NCBI GenBank assembly: GCA_964540055.1
Contig: CAZILC010000005.1
Span: forward strand, 5,597 to 69,596
Direction: 5' to 3'
Length of the DNA: 64,000 nucleotides
Source of the DNA: an uncultured Gammaproteobacteria bacterium
Lineage (GTDB): Bacteria > Patescibacteriota > Microgenomatia > Levybacterales > UBA12049
In this document: positions 34,915 to 45,569 of the stretch, piece by piece
Layout: each line of letters opens with the position of its first letter
Numbering within the stretch: the stretch's first letter is position 1
Notes under the pieces: generated by a model
Database searches by the model: none
Told to the model about the DNA's origin: nothing
What the model saw: the letters and a program-made list of their open reading frames with translations, nothing else
Position numbers and translations under genes: made by a program

Positions 34915-36354
34915 ATGGCTATAAATCGTCGAATAAATCAAAATCTACCTACTTCAAATTTTCGAAAATGGTACAAAAACACGACATCTTTTATCAAACG
35001 CCGACCTCTGGGAAGTTTCTTTATTGCTTTAGGATTGTTATTTCTAGTAATTATAGTCGGCCATGTACTCAATCAACCAAAACCAGAGCAAGCGGCAAAA
35101 CCTGTCGTGAAATCAGTACAACTGTATAGTATCGGCTCGGTTCCGAAAGCAACATTCCAGGCAAAAATCGAAAAAGCTGGAGTTATAAAAATAGTCGCAC
35201 AAACATCCGGCATAGTGCAATCTGTATCGGTTAGCGAAGGTGATAAAGTAGCAAAAGGTAAAACACTTATCTCACTTGCAAGCAATTATCAGGGAGGCAA
35301 CGCTCCCGGTCTCTCAGCACAGATCGCACAAGCTCAATACCAAAATGTCGTAGATACCTATTCACAACAGCAGGACGTGATAAACAAACAAAAAGACATC
35401 GCCAATAGTACCTTTAACAATTACACTGAACAGCAAAATATCGCAAGCCAATCAGCAAATAACACAGGCTCACTTATTGCAGCAAATCAAACAATACTTG
35501 ATACCTTAAACAATCAACTGACAACTGACAGAAACAACGGCACACCGCAGCCTTCACTTACTGATGAAGAAGGAACTATCAACACCTTACAAGGTGCACA
35601 AAACACCCTTCGTTCAGCCTATGCGCAACTTCAGCAGCAAACCGATACGGGTAAACCACCAGGACAGCTTGCGACACAGTCGCGTGATTTGACATTGCAA
35701 CAACTTGCCATCCAGGAAAAAGCATTGTCACTAAATAAAGAAGTAACAGGACTGCAGGCGGAACTTGCACAGATTAACGCAGATACGATGCTACCGGCAA
35801 GTCCGGTTGATGGGGTAGTAGAGCGAGTTTTTGTTCATGTGGGACAATTAGTAAATCCTGGAACAGAGCTTGCGATCGTCACCGCGAAAGAAGATAGCGC
35901 ACAGACAATTGCTGTTGTAAATGTACCTCAAGAAATTGCTATGGATATTTCTAAATTAGTACCAAGTAATTTATATCTTAACGGTAAATCGTATGAGGTA
36001 AAACCATATTATATTTCAACAGATGCGACAGACGGGTTACTTTATTCGGTCTTTTATACGGTCCCAACAGATAAATCCAATCTCGTAACCGATGGACAAT
36101 TTGTCAATGTTGATATACCGGTCGGGACAATCAATTCGGGTGCGACAGTACCTTTTGTACCGATTGATTCTGTCTATCAAACGCAGGATTCTAATTATGT
36201 TCTCCTTTCGGTAAATGGTGTCGCCCAGACCAGAAAAGTTACTCTGGGAAATGTCTTTGGGAGTTTTGTAGAAATTACCAGCGGTATTTACGCAGGTGAT
36301 CAAGTAATTACGGATAGAAATGTCATCGCTGGAGATAAAGTAACGACACAATAG
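34915..36354 (+). CDS. efflux RND periplasmic adaptor (membrane fusion protein, HlyD family)
   Basis: N-terminal TM anchor, a lipoyl-like hairpin (GIVQSVSVSEGDKVAKGKTLISL ... PVDGVVERVFVHVGQLV), a long Gln/Asn-rich coiled coil, and C-terminal beta domains. Confidence 0.8.
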   Translation: MAINRRINQNLPTSNFRKWYKNTTSFIKRRPLGSFFIALGLLFLVIIVGHVLNQPKPEQAAKPVVKSVQLYSIGSVPKATFQAKIEKAGVIKIVAQTSGIVQSVSVSEGDKVAKGKTLISLASNYQGGNAPGLSAQIAQAQYQNVVDTYSQQQDVINKQKDIANSTFNNYTEQQNIASQSANNTGSLIAANQTILDTLNNQLTTDRNNGTPQPSLTDEEGTINTLQGAQNTLRSAYAQLQQQTDTGKPPGQLATQSRDLTLQQLAIQEKALSLNKEVTGLQAELAQINADTMLPASPVDGVVERVFVHVGQLVNPGTELAIVTAKEDSAQTIAVVNVPQEIAMDISKLVPSNLYLNGKSYEVKPYYISTDATDGLLYSVFYTVPTDKSNLVTDGQFVNVDIPVGTINSGATVPFVPIDSVYQTQDSNYVLLSVNGVAQTRKVTLGNVFGSFVEITSGIYAGDQVITDRNVIAGDKVTTQ

Positions 36355-36393
36355 AAGTATCAAAAGTAAAAAGTAAAAACTAAATAAAACCTC

Positions 36394-39300
36394 ATGGCAA
36401 TCTTAACAGACTATTTACGACAGCTCAAATTTGATCCAAAACTCAATGATTCGCTCATTGCAAAATATCTTCGCAATCCACGATTGGTAATTCTCATCGT
36501 TCTTCTTGCAGTTATTGCGGGTATTTTTAGTTTTGTAACGCTTCCTAGAGTACTTAATCCCAATATTAATATTGCAATCGTTACTATTTCAACTAGCCTT
36601 CCTGGTGCCGGGCCAAATGATGTTGAAACACTCTTAACCGTTCCGATTGAAGATGCGGTCAGTAATATTGCCAATATTGACACCATGACCTCAACATCGC
36701 AAAATTCCTCATCCATTGTTGAGCTTCAATTTCTCTCAGGGGTTGATCCGGATAAGGCAACTGAGGATGTGCAGACAGCTGTCCAAAGTGTTGGCGATTT
36801 GCCAAAAAATGCGACAACTCCTCATGTGCAAAAGCTGGATTTTCAGAATTCACCTGTGTGGATTTTCACCGTTTCAGGCAGTGATCCAGCCTCGCTAATC
36901 CGATTTGGCAGGGGACTGCGGGATACATTAAAAGATGTTGATACGCTGAATACCATTTCAGCAGATGGACTGGACAATCAGGAGATCCAAGTGACAATCA
37001 AACCAGACGCAATTGCAACGTATGGTGTAAATCCTCAAGCTTTATCACAAACAGTAACAACCGCAATTAATTCCCAACCTGCGGGGAACATTAATACGAC
37101 GCAATCATCATTCACCCTCACCATTGACCCGACAATTACGACAGTTGATGATCTGAGAAAAATCAGGATCAATCTCAACAACGGTACAACAGTTCTTCTC
37201 TCAGACATTGCAAATGTCGCAATCCGTCAGCAGCCCGGAGTCCCGAATTCCTATATTGCCGGGCCAAAGCGCAGCGCGACACAGGCAATAACGTTCAGCG
37301 TCTTTAAGAAAAAAACCGCTAATATCACAACTGCAGATCATGACGCACACATTGCTGTTGAAAAATATGCTAAAAAATATAACGGGCAATTCAAAGTTGA
37401 TGATGTCATCGATACGGGGACTATGATTGATAAACAATTTAGCGATCTGGTCCGTGACCTTGTTATCACATTTTGTCTGGTTTTTCTTGTTATTGTTGTC
37501 TTTCTTGGCACCCGTCAGGCGCTCGTTGCCGCATCGGCTATTCCAATGACGTTTCTTCTTACCTTTATTGTGATGAAGCAAACCGGTGTAGACCTGAGTT
37601 TCATCGCGTTTTTCTCATTGCTTCTTTCACTGGGTCTTCTTGTTGATGATACTATCGTTATTATTTCAGCACTTTCCGCGTATTACCGCACTGAGAAATT
37701 CACACCAATGCAGGCTGGACTTTTGGTCTGGCGGGATTTTAAAACCGCTATAACAACAACTACGCTTACAACAGTCTGGGCGTTTGTTCCGCTACTATTG
37801 GCAACAGGCATTATAGGTGAATTTATTAAAGCAATACCGATCGTCGTTTCATCATCGCTTCTTGCGTCATACGGTGTCGCGCTTTTTATCACATTACCAA
37901 TTGTCATTATTATTCTTAAACCACATGTTCCCTATCGTGTTACTTTTCTTCTAAGAACACTCATTCTTCTTATTATCATCATTATCTTTTTTGCAATTGC
38001 GCCAAAAGGAATATATCTTATCCCGGCGTTGTTGCTTTTTATTCTCAACATTTTTATCTACTTCCAGGTGCGACATGATTTAGTTCCGAGATTAAAACAG
38101 CGATTCTTTAAAAAACAGCGAAAGGTAGCAACACCCGCTATCAATTTCAGACAATATTTCGACCGGGGCATTATCAGTTTTGATATTATCGGCAATAAAT
38201 ATCGCTACATTATTACCAAAATTTTATCGAGTAAAGCCAACCGCCGAAAGATACTTGTGATGGTTGTTATTTTCTCCCTATTTTCATATATGCTTTTGCC
38301 TTTGGGTTTTGTAAGAAATGAATTTTTCCCGGCTAGCGCACAACAATCATTCCAGATTCAAATCGAATTACCTGCAGGAACCAATATTCAAAGAACCCAG
38401 GAGGAAGCAATCAAAGTGCTTAACGATATCAGAACAATGCCTGAAGTGCAGATTGCACAACTTAGTATAGGTTCAGGTGCCGAGACGGGATTTGGTGCAG
38501 GAAGCGGCGGAAGCAACATCGCAACTATCACAGTTTCTCTGCCTGATCCGAGTGAACAAAAAGTATCATCCCTTGACGTTGCACAAATGATCCGAGACAA
38601 ATATGCAAATTATCAACCGGGCAAATTATCAGTCATTGAAGAAAGTGGTGGGCCCCCAGCTGGTGCTGATTTGCAAATAAAACTTTTCGGAAATGATCTT
38701 GCACAACTTGATACATACGCGAACAAACTCGAAGCATTTCTTCAGAAACAACCCGGTATTACCAATGTTGATAAATCGATTAAAACCGGCACCAGTAAAA
38801 TTGTTTTTGTTCCGGATTATCAAAAGATGATTGATGCAGGTGTCACGCAGGATCAGGTCGGCTCCTGGCTTCGCAATTATGGCAGCGGCACGACGCTTGA
38901 TAGCAATGTCAAACTAGAGAAGGGGAATACGCAGGATCAAGATATAGTTTTCAGGACCGATGTAAATCCGCAAACAATCCAGGGACTCGGAACCGTAATG
39001 GTCCCAACACAAAATGGTACCGTCCCGCTTTTGTCATTGGGAACGTTGACAATCAAACCCAATCCGACTCTTATCACCCGAGAAAGTGGTAAAAGGACAA
39101 TATCCGTTACGGCCGGTGTAACAAAAGGATATTCGGTAAGTACTGCAAATGCCAAACTGGAAAAATTTGTCGACACGCTAAATTTACCTGATGGCTATTC
39201 CTGGTCAACTGGGGGAGTCAATCAACAAAATAATGATTCGGTTACCTCAATTCTTGAGGCAATGTTGTTATCGTTTATGTTAATTATTATAACGATGGTA

Positions 39301-39747
39301 CTGCAATTCCATTCCTTCAGAAAAGCACTCATTGTGATGCTTGTTATTCCTCTTTCAATTTCAGGAGTATTCATCGTCTTTTCTGTGACGCAAACGCCGC
39401 TTTCATTCCCGGCACTTATCGGAATTCTCGCACTTTTTGGGATTGTTGTTAAAAATTCGATTCTTATTGTTGATAAGATTAATCAAAACTTGAGGGCTGG
39501 ACTTGAATTCCAAAACGCAATTGTCGATGCAGCAGAATCTCGACTTGAACCTATCGCCCTCACCACATTTGCTGGCATTTTGGGTCTTATTCCGATTACC
39601 CTTTCAAATGCATTATGGCAAGGATTGGGAGGAGCTATCATTTCAGGACTCATTTTTTCAGGATCAATCATGCTTTTTCTTATTCCAACCGTCTATTATT
39701 TAATTTTTCAATCTTCGGAAGGAAAAATGGGAGCTAGTAAAAAGTAG
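36394..39747 (+). CDS. RND family efflux permease (AcrB/HAE type)
   Basis: 1117 aa with the 12-TM, two-large-loop architecture. Conserved TM4-type ...LSLGLLVDDTIVII.. and a C-terminal repeat half. It follows the adaptor gene by 39 nt. Confidence 0.9.
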   Translation: MAILTDYLRQLKFDPKLNDSLIAKYLRNPRLVILIVLLAVIAGIFSFVTLPRVLNPNINIAIVTISTSLPGAGPNDVETLLTVPIEDAVSNIANIDTMTSTSQNSSSIVELQFLSGVDPDKATEDVQTAVQSVGDLPKNATTPHVQKLDFQNSPVWIFTVSGSDPASLIRFGRGLRDTLKDVDTLNTISADGLDNQEIQVTIKPDAIATYGVNPQALSQTVTTAINSQPAGNINTTQSSFTLTIDPTITTVDDLRKIRINLNNGTTVLLSDIANVAIRQQPGVPNSYIAGPKRSATQAITFSVFKKKTANITTADHDAHIAVEKYAKKYNGQFKVDDVIDTGTMIDKQFSDLVRDLVITFCLVFLVIVVFLGTRQALVAASAIPMTFLLTFIVMKQTGVDLSFIAFFSLLLSLGLLVDDTIVIISALSAYYRTEKFTPMQAGLLVWRDFKTAITTTTLTTVWAFVPLLLATGIIGEFIKAIPIVVSSSLLASYGVALFITLPIVIIILKPHVPYRVTFLLRTLILLIIIIIFFAIAPKGIYLIPALLLFILNIFIYFQVRHDLVPRLKQRFFKKQRKVATPAINFRQYFDRGIISFDIIGNKYRYIITKILSSKANRRKILVMVVIFSLFSYMLLPLGFVRNEFFPASAQQSFQIQIELPAGTNIQRTQEEAIKVLNDIRTMPEVQIAQLSIGSGAETGFGAGSGGSNIATITVSLPDPSEQKVSSLDVAQMIRDKYANYQPGKLSVIEESGGPPAGADLQIKLFGNDLAQLDTYANKLEAFLQKQPGITNVDKSIKTGTSKIVFVPDYQKMIDAGVTQDQVGSWLRNYGSGTTLDSNVKLEKGNTQDQDIVFRTDVNPQTIQGLGTVMVPTQNGTVPLLSLGTLTIKPNPTLITRESGKRTISVTAGVTKGYSVSTANAKLEKFVDTLNLPDGYSWSTGGVNQQNNDSVTSILEAMLLSFMLIIITMVLQFHSFRKALIVMLVIPLSISGVFIVFSVTQTPLSFPALIGILALFGIVVKNSILIVDKINQNLRAGLEFQNAIVDAAESRLEPIALTTFAGILGLIPITLSNALWQGLGGAIISGLIFSGSIMLFLIPTVYYLIFQSSEGKMGASKK

Positions 39748-39799
39748 TTAGTAGCGAGTAAAACATATACTCTAACTACTAGTTACAAACTTCTAGCTA

Positions 39800-40216
39800 T
39801 TAATTAAGGAGATATTTATTTACTTTGGAGAGAAGATCATGTAGTTCAAAAGGTTTGGCGAGGTAATCATCTGCACCTGAATCTGTGGTAACTTCCTTTA
39901 TGTTATAACTTGCGGAAATCATAATTACAGGGATATCTTTTGTAGCCGCACTCATTTTAAGACTCTTACAGATATCGCCACCATCCACTCCAGACATGCA
40001 GATATCTAGGAATAATAATTTCGGTTGAATGGAAACTAATTTAGACATGAGATCTCCTTCGGCAATGGTCTCGACATCGTAGTTATACAATTCCAGAATC
40101 ATTTTCATGGCTTCCAAAATTGCTGGGTCATCATCAACAATAACAATTTTATTTTTCTTTTGGATCAAATGAGTCTGTTGAGATTGGACACTACCGACAA
40201 TACTTGTGTTTTTCAT
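39800..40216 (-). CDS. stand-alone response-regulator receiver domain (CheY-like)
   Basis: IVIVDDDP...LLFLDICMSGVDG...PVIMISA...YLAKPF. No output domain. Confidence 0.85.
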   Translation of the reverse strand: MKNTSIVGSVQSQQTHLIQKKNKIVIVDDDPAILEAMKMILELYNYDVETIAEGDLMSKLVSIQPKLLFLDICMSGVDGGDICKSLKMSAATKDIPVIMISASYNIKEVTTDSGADDYLAKPFELHDLLSKVNKYLLN

Positions 40217-40291
40217 AACTAATTAATGATAATTCATAAATATGAGATTTATGTAATAATGTCGTTCTTTTTGGACAACAAACGACGTTGT

Positions 40292-41206
40292 TCAGTGGAT
40301 TAGGGCGTGCTTTGACTTTAAATAGAAATAGGAGACAATGCCAATAGTTAAGATTGGGGTGAGCCAGGAAGGTATCGAAAAACCAAAACTATCAAGAAGC
40401 ATGACGCAAGAAAGAGCGAATATTGAATACATTGCCCCGTTTTTAAGATACTTATATTTTTGAATAGTATTGATGCTTCGTAGCGTAATCTCTCGAACTA
40501 CGAACGCGCCAATGCCATTACCAATTAAAATTAAAAGAACCGAAAGAGTAAAAGCAAAAGCTCCCAGAACACCGTCTATTGAAAATGTCGCATCAATTAC
40601 TTCAAGATAAATCAATTTACTGATATCCGATTTGACCTTACTTTCCAATAATCCTTTTTCAGCATCCTCTGCATTTGCTTTAAATCCATGTGTAATAAAA
40701 AATGCACTGGACCCGATAACGGCACTAAATGCCATCAATGGATTTGTGTGAAGCGCAAACCAGGTAATAGCAACTAAAATAATTGATGCCACAGCGTAGA
40801 ACCACACACCTTTAGAATAAATGAACCGTTCACCCCAAAGTCCGAAATTTTTGGGTTCCAAAAAAAGCCAATGAAAAAATAAGAAGAGAAGGAACGTGCC
40901 TCCACCGATGAGCAAAATAGGAGCGGATGCTTCGATTGATTCTTTAACATGTGGATCAGAGCTCATAATTTCATTCAATGCAGTAAGAGGACCGAGAGTC
41001 GGATTGGTTACCCAGATAATGATAAATGGGAGTAAACCCCGGATCAGAAAAACAGCGATAATTAAACCATAGGTGAGAAACCACTTTCTCGCGCGCATAC
41101 TCATTGTTGAGAGCACCTGCGCATTTATCACCGCGTTATCAAGACTGCTTACCGTCTCAAAAAGTGCCAGTCCAACAATGATAAGAATGATCGAAAAAAA
41201 ATCCAT
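40292..41206 (-). CDS. DUF475 / TerC-like integral membrane protein
   Basis: ALFETVSSLDNAVINAQVL at the N-terminus and a second ...EVIDATFSIDGVLGAFA repeat; about 8 TM helices. Confidence 0.65.
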   Translation of the reverse strand: MDFFSIILIIVGLALFETVSSLDNAVINAQVLSTMSMRARKWFLTYGLIIAVFLIRGLLPFIIIWVTNPTLGPLTALNEIMSSDPHVKESIEASAPILLIGGGTFLLFLFFHWLFLEPKNFGLWGERFIYSKGVWFYAVASIILVAITWFALHTNPLMAFSAVIGSSAFFITHGFKANAEDAEKGLLESKVKSDISKLIYLEVIDATFSIDGVLGAFAFTLSVLLILIGNGIGAFVVREITLRSINTIQKYKYLKNGAMYSIFALSCVMLLDSFGFSIPSWLTPILTIGIVSYFYLKSKHALIH

Positions 41207-41223
41207 AAGAATTAGGAGGGAAA

Positions 41224-41880
41224 TTATTTCTTTTTGTTTTGTTTAACTTTATGATAGATATAAAACGCAATTAAAAGAACAAAAACTGATACGATAATTA
41301 TCTGAAATTTGTGATAAATCGGACCAATCGAATCCCAGTGTGCTCCCAGATTGTATCCAACTGATGCGAGGATACCTATCCAAACGAGGGAACCAAGAAA
41401 GGTAAACACCATAAATTTCCAGATATTCATTTCAGCAAGTCCTGCAGGAACTGATACAAATGATCTGATACCCGGAAGCAATCTACAAAAAAATGTTATA
41501 ACACTACCATATTTTTTATACAGTGAAACTGCTTTTTGATATTCATGTTTGGATAACAAGATAAATTTGCCATATTTATCAATGAGCGAAAGTATTACCG
41601 TTTCTTCAAGGTAATAGCCAATTGCATACCCAATAAGAGCTCCGCAGAGATCACCAAGTGCGCCTATGAGAATGACAAGTGGAAGTGTAAGCGCGCCGGT
41701 TTGTGCGAGATATCCTGAAAAAGGCATTGTCACTTCGGAAGGAATAGGGATAAGCGCGCTATTAAGGAGCATAAAGAAAAACACACCGAAATATCCCGCA
41801 GATTGGACAAAATGAATTATCGATCCTGTTAAGCTTTCAAGCATACTCTCAAGTATAGCAAAAAATGGATGAAAGAGCAT
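41224..41880 (-). CDS. DedA family membrane protein
   Basis: AGYFGVFFFMLLNSALIPIPSEVTMPFSGY...FFCRLLPGIRSFVSVPAG. Confidence 0.85.
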   Translation of the reverse strand: MLFHPFFAILESMLESLTGSIIHFVQSAGYFGVFFFMLLNSALIPIPSEVTMPFSGYLAQTGALTLPLVILIGALGDLCGALIGYAIGYYLEETVILSLIDKYGKFILLSKHEYQKAVSLYKKYGSVITFFCRLLPGIRSFVSVPAGLAEMNIWKFMVFTFLGSLVWIGILASVGYNLGAHWDSIGPIYHKFQIIIVSVFVLLIAFYIYHKVKQNKKK

Positions 41881-42026
41881 TAGTTTTTGATATCATATGA
41901 TCTCTTGCTTTTGAATTCACAAACTCATCATAATTAAATTAAGCGACTGTGCTATACTTGAGCTGGTTTAATATTGACTTCCTGCTCAATTTAATTCTGA
42001 AAACAGAAGAAAGGAGGTGAAGGTCA

Positions 42027-42479
42027 ATGAGTACAACTACAAAATCAACAGATATTATTGCAACCTTAGGCGAGTGGTTTGATAAATTCCCACCACTACC
42101 TAAAAACTGGCGTGATAACCTTGCAAGAATTGCTCCCGTACTTTCCTTAGTACTTGGAATTATCTTAATTATCTTTACCGTTCTAGGAATCCTTTCTCTT
42201 AGCGCATTATCCCCACTGGCATATTTAGGAGGCGCACAAAGCGTAGGAGCAATCGGTTCAGGAATTCTTGCAGAAATTATTTTTCTTGTAAGTGGAATTT
42301 TACTTGCTGCAGCATATCCAGGTTTGAAAGCACAAAAATATAAGGGATGGACTTTAGTGTTCTGGAGTGTCGTTGCAAGAGTTGTCGGAATATTAGTCTC
42401 CTTCAATATAATAGGGGCTATTATAAGCGCACTTATCGGATTTTATCTGATTTTCCAAATCAGATCTTATTTCAAATAA
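42027..42479 (+). CDS. hypothetical membrane protein (150 aa)
   Basis: A perfect SD (AGGAGGTGA, 42012-42020) lies 6 nt before the ATG. Three to four TM helices. The antisense track ORF 41939..42406 is rejected. Confidence 0.65.
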   Translation: MSTTTKSTDIIATLGEWFDKFPPLPKNWRDNLARIAPVLSLVLGIILIIFTVLGILSLSALSPLAYLGGAQSVGAIGSGILAEIIFLVSGILLAAAYPGLKAQKYKGWTLVFWSVVARVVGILVSFNIIGAIISALIGFYLIFQIRSYFK

Positions 42480-42484
42480 GTTTC

Positions 42485-42531
42485 ACAACAAACATCAGCA
42501 TATATACATATAGGTATGCGATGTTTGTTGT
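42485..42531. terminator. 17-bp hairpin between convergent genes (terminator-like, no clear U-tract)
   Basis: ACAACAAACATC(A)GCATA - 12-nt loop - TATGCGATGTTTGTTGT. It lies between the stop at 42479 (+) and the stop at 42549 (-). Confidence 0.45.
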
Positions 42532-42548
42532 TGTTAAAAATCACATAG

Positions 42549-43412
42549 CTAAACAATATTTAAAGCAACAATTCCTCCAATTACCAGAAGAAATCCAACA
42601 ATCTGAAAAACAGTTAATTTCTCTTTAAGAAAGATAATTGCCAAAATTGTGGAGACAACAGGAGCCGCGGCATTGATAACTGCAACATAGGATATTTCAT
42701 ATTGTGTTAATGCATAATTAAACACTGAAAATGCAGCAACATCAAAAACTGCGGCAGGAATAATCCATCTCCAGTCTATTTTCCTAAAAAGAGAAAGTAT
42801 ATCTTTTCGCTGAATACAAAACAATACAAGTATTGTTACAGCAATCATTATTCTCATGCCAAGAGAAGTCGCATACCATCCATTAATGCGGGATGAAATA
42901 CCAATAAAATAAAAATATATACCCGTCCCAAACGCTGCCAACAATGTAGGTAATACACCTGCTGAAAATTTTACCTTCCCATTTTTTCTCAGATCTTTTA
43001 GATGAATTCCCAGAAGTATTACACCTATGAGAATTGCGGAAATCGCGATAAACTTAAGCAGATAAAAGGATTCATGCAAGAACACTACTGACAAAATAAC
43101 GGTAATAATCACATTTGTTTCAATTATTGTTCCCACAATTGCAAGCTGACCCACACGTAAAGCGTAAAAATAAAGAAGGAGAACAAAAGTCTGCCAAATC
43201 CCCAGTCCAAATAAAAGCCAAAGATTTCCGTGTGCTTCAGGTGCAATAAAAGGGAGCATACACAAGGTAATTGGTATTCCGACTACTTCAAACATGAAGA
43301 GTGCTTTTGTCCCGTCCATGGATCGATTGGCCTTTGTTAAACAAAATGTCATAAATGCCCATAAAAAAGGAGGAATTGAGGCAATGAGTACTTGCTGTAA
43401 TGAAAATTCCAT
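42549..43412 (-). CDS. EamA/DMT family transporter
   Basis: About 10 TM helices in two EamA-like halves. Start moved to ATG 43412 (MEFSLQQVLIASIPPF...), directly after the upstream gene's stop at 43414. Confidence 0.78.
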   Translation of the reverse strand: MEFSLQQVLIASIPPFLWAFMTFCLTKANRSMDGTKALFMFEVVGIPITLCMLPFIAPEAHGNLWLLFGLGIWQTFVLLLYFYALRVGQLAIVGTIIETNVIITVILSVVFLHESFYLLKFIAISAILIGVILLGIHLKDLRKNGKVKFSAGVLPTLLAAFGTGIYFYFIGISSRINGWYATSLGMRIMIAVTILVLFCIQRKDILSLFRKIDWRWIIPAAVFDVAAFSVFNYALTQYEISYVAVINAAAPVVSTILAIIFLKEKLTVFQIVGFLLVIGGIVALNIV

Positions 43413-43413
43413 A

Positions 43414-44313
43414 TCAGGATCGCGACCAGCGAGCAAAAATACCGGTTGAGAGAAGTCTGCCTGCGGATTTTTCGACAAGTGCCAGCTCACCGGATTCAAT
43501 TGTGCCATGCAAATCGGATACATAATCCGAAAGCACATTCTCAAGCATCAGTGCAGATGATGAAATGGCATATGCATTGACAAGGACGAACAAGGGTTGC
43601 GGAACTAATACTTGCCTGCATAGCGCTAGTAATTTCGGGAATGATTCATTAAAATCCCATTTCTCACCACTTGGACCATGACCATAAATTGGCGGATCCA
43701 TAATAATTCCATCGTATTTTACTCCGCGATTTACTTCTCTTTGGACAAACTTCACAGCATCATCAAGAATCCATCTGACAGGTTTACTTTCCAAACCCGA
43801 TGCTGCTTGATTTTCTCTTGCCCAGCCAATTGTTGGACGAGACGCATCAATATGAGCAACTGCTGCACCACCAGCGGCACAAACCAAGCTTGCAATTCCC
43901 GTATAACCAAAAAGATTTAGTATTTTAATTTCTCTATGCGTCGGAGAAACTTGTCCGTTTGGTTGTTTTTGCAATACTGCATGCATCATGGCACTGGATA
44001 TCCATTCCCACTGCAATGTTTGTTCAGGAAAAACACCAGTGTGCTTAAAAGGGGAAAGTTTTGCATAAAATGAAATATTTTTATATCGCATCAACCATTT
44101 TTCAGGAATCTTATTTTTAATGATCCATTTCTTTTCCTCTGCGTCAAAAGATGCATCAACAGATTTCCAAAAAGTCCCGTCCAATCGAGGTTTCCAGATA
44201 ATTTGCGGGTCAGGCCTGGTCAAACGAAATGGGCCAAATCGCTCAAGCCGCATGCCATTGCCTGAGTCAAGTAATTCATAATCTTCCCAGCCAGATGTCG
44301 AAAGCACAACCAT
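43414..44313 (-). CDS. class I SAM-dependent methyltransferase (RlmI/RlmK-like, Methyltrans_SAM type)
   Basis: WEDYELLDSGNGMRLERFG..., ILNLFGYTGIASLVCAAGGA (motif I), GIIMDPP (motif IV). TGtTATAAT lies 6 nt before the ATG. Confidence 0.78.
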   Translation of the reverse strand: MVVLSTSGWEDYELLDSGNGMRLERFGPFRLTRPDPQIIWKPRLDGTFWKSVDASFDAEEKKWIIKNKIPEKWLMRYKNISFYAKLSPFKHTGVFPEQTLQWEWISSAMMHAVLQKQPNGQVSPTHREIKILNLFGYTGIASLVCAAGGAAVAHIDASRPTIGWARENQAASGLESKPVRWILDDAVKFVQREVNRGVKYDGIIMDPPIYGHGPSGEKWDFNESFPKLLALCRQVLVPQPLFVLVNAYAISSSALMLENVLSDYVSDLHGTIESGELALVEKSAGRLLSTGIFARWSRS

Positions 44314-44415
44314 GTATGTATTATAACAAATATAAAACAGAGCTATAAAAATGTTTTAATTTAAGGGGAGGTTCTGGGATCTGGCAAATCAACTAGTGCT
44401 CAGTTTGTCAACAAA

Positions 44416-44895
44416 TTAGGAAGAAATTTTTTTTATGGAATACGAAATGATTCCCGATGGTGTATTCACTGCAACCACATCTCCAACTTTTTTTCCTTCA
44501 ACAGCTCTACCAATAGGGGAAAGGAGTGACAATTTTCCTTCGCCGGGGTTTGCTTCAACATCTCCTACAAACTGGAATGTCTTTTCCGTACCATTTATGG
44601 TGAACAAAACTGTACTCCCAATTCCGATTGCGCCGGATGTTTTTTCCTCAACAATTTGTGCGGTTTTCAACTGAAATGTCATCCGCATGAGTTGTGCATC
44701 AATCGTTCGCAATTTTCCCTTGGAAGCTTGATAATACCCATTCTCCTTCAGATCTCCTAAATCACGTGCTTTTTGAACGTCTTGAATGACTGCCGGTCTT
44801 TGTGCTTTTAATTCCTCATATTCTTTCTTAAGTTTTTCAAAACCCTCTTTGGTAAACCGGGTAATGGGAAGTGGTGTATGTGGTCTGTTTTGCAT
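44416..44895 (-). CDS. greA: transcription elongation factor GreA
   Basis: ITRFTKEGFEKLKKEYEELK...RPAVIQDVQKARDLGDLKENGYYQASK...G.....SPIG.A..GKKVGD. ATG 44895 with TATAAT 6 nt upstream; 159 aa. Confidence 0.9.
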   Translation of the reverse strand: MQNRPHTPLPITRFTKEGFEKLKKEYEELKAQRPAVIQDVQKARDLGDLKENGYYQASKGKLRTIDAQLMRMTFQLKTAQIVEEKTSGAIGIGSTVLFTINGTEKTFQFVGDVEANPGEGKLSLLSPIGRAVEGKKVGDVVAVNTPSGIISYSIKKISS

Positions 44896-44945
44896 GGCCT
44901 TATTATATAAAATCAAACTCGACAAAGCGAGGGGAGTTTTGAAAA

Positions 44946-45569
44946 TTACTTACTATTTTGAGGTCTATTATATTTTCCTATCAACTCTGCCTGTTCAATA
45001 ATATGCCCTTTCATTGCATCAAGTACTATTAGTTTGGTAACTTTTGCTTGTTTTGGAAAACCGAGCATTGTATCAAGCGCGTATAATTTGAAGAAATATC
45101 GATGTTCGCGGTCAGGTGGACATGGTCCTGTATACGAATCTTTCCCTGAACCATTTGCGCCTTGAGAAACACCCGATGGAACGTTATTCTCTTTTATTTC
45201 ATGAAGAGCGGGCGAGATATTGTATACAACCCAGTGGTCAAAAACGCCATCCGGTTTGATATTTTTTGGCACATCCGGATCATCCATAAGCATAACCAGA
45301 CTCTTCGCATTGTCGGGAACAGCTTCAAAACGCAATGGGGGATTGATACTTTTTCCGTCACAGGTATATTTCGTAGGAATTGTGCCATTCGTGGCAAATG
45401 CACTGCTTGTAATTTTCATCGTACCCGTCTTTGGAACAATTGTAGCAGACAATTTCTGAATCGATGCTATATTTTGTGTAATAGTTTTGTGTGATTTAAA
45501 AAGAGCTACAAAGATACTAACGAAGACAATAAAAGCTACAAAAAGAATTATCAAAATATTTCTTGTCAT
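44946..45569 (-). CDS. YbhB/YbcL (PEBP, Raf-kinase-inhibitor-like) family protein with N-terminal anchor
   Basis: DDPDVP...FDHWVVYNI...YTGPCPPDREHRYFFKLYALD. Its ATG overlaps the SDR stop (ATGA). Confidence 0.85.
   Translation of the reverse strand: MTRNILIILFVAFIVFVSIFVALFKSHKTITQNIASIQKLSATIVPKTGTMKITSSAFATNGTIPTKYTCDGKSINPPLRFEAVPDNAKSLVMLMDDPDVPKNIKPDGVFDHWVVYNISPALHEIKENNVPSGVSQGANGSGKDSYTGPCPPDREHRYFFKLYALDTMLGFPKQAKVTKLIVLDAMKGHIIEQAELIGKYNRPQNSK

Noticed and set aside
41939-42406. 155-aa minus-strand ORF overlapping the 150-aa plus-strand ORF.
   Set aside because: The plus-strand gene has a perfect AGGAGGTGA SD and clean TM-helix periodicity. The minus-strand product is low-complexity and has no start signal.
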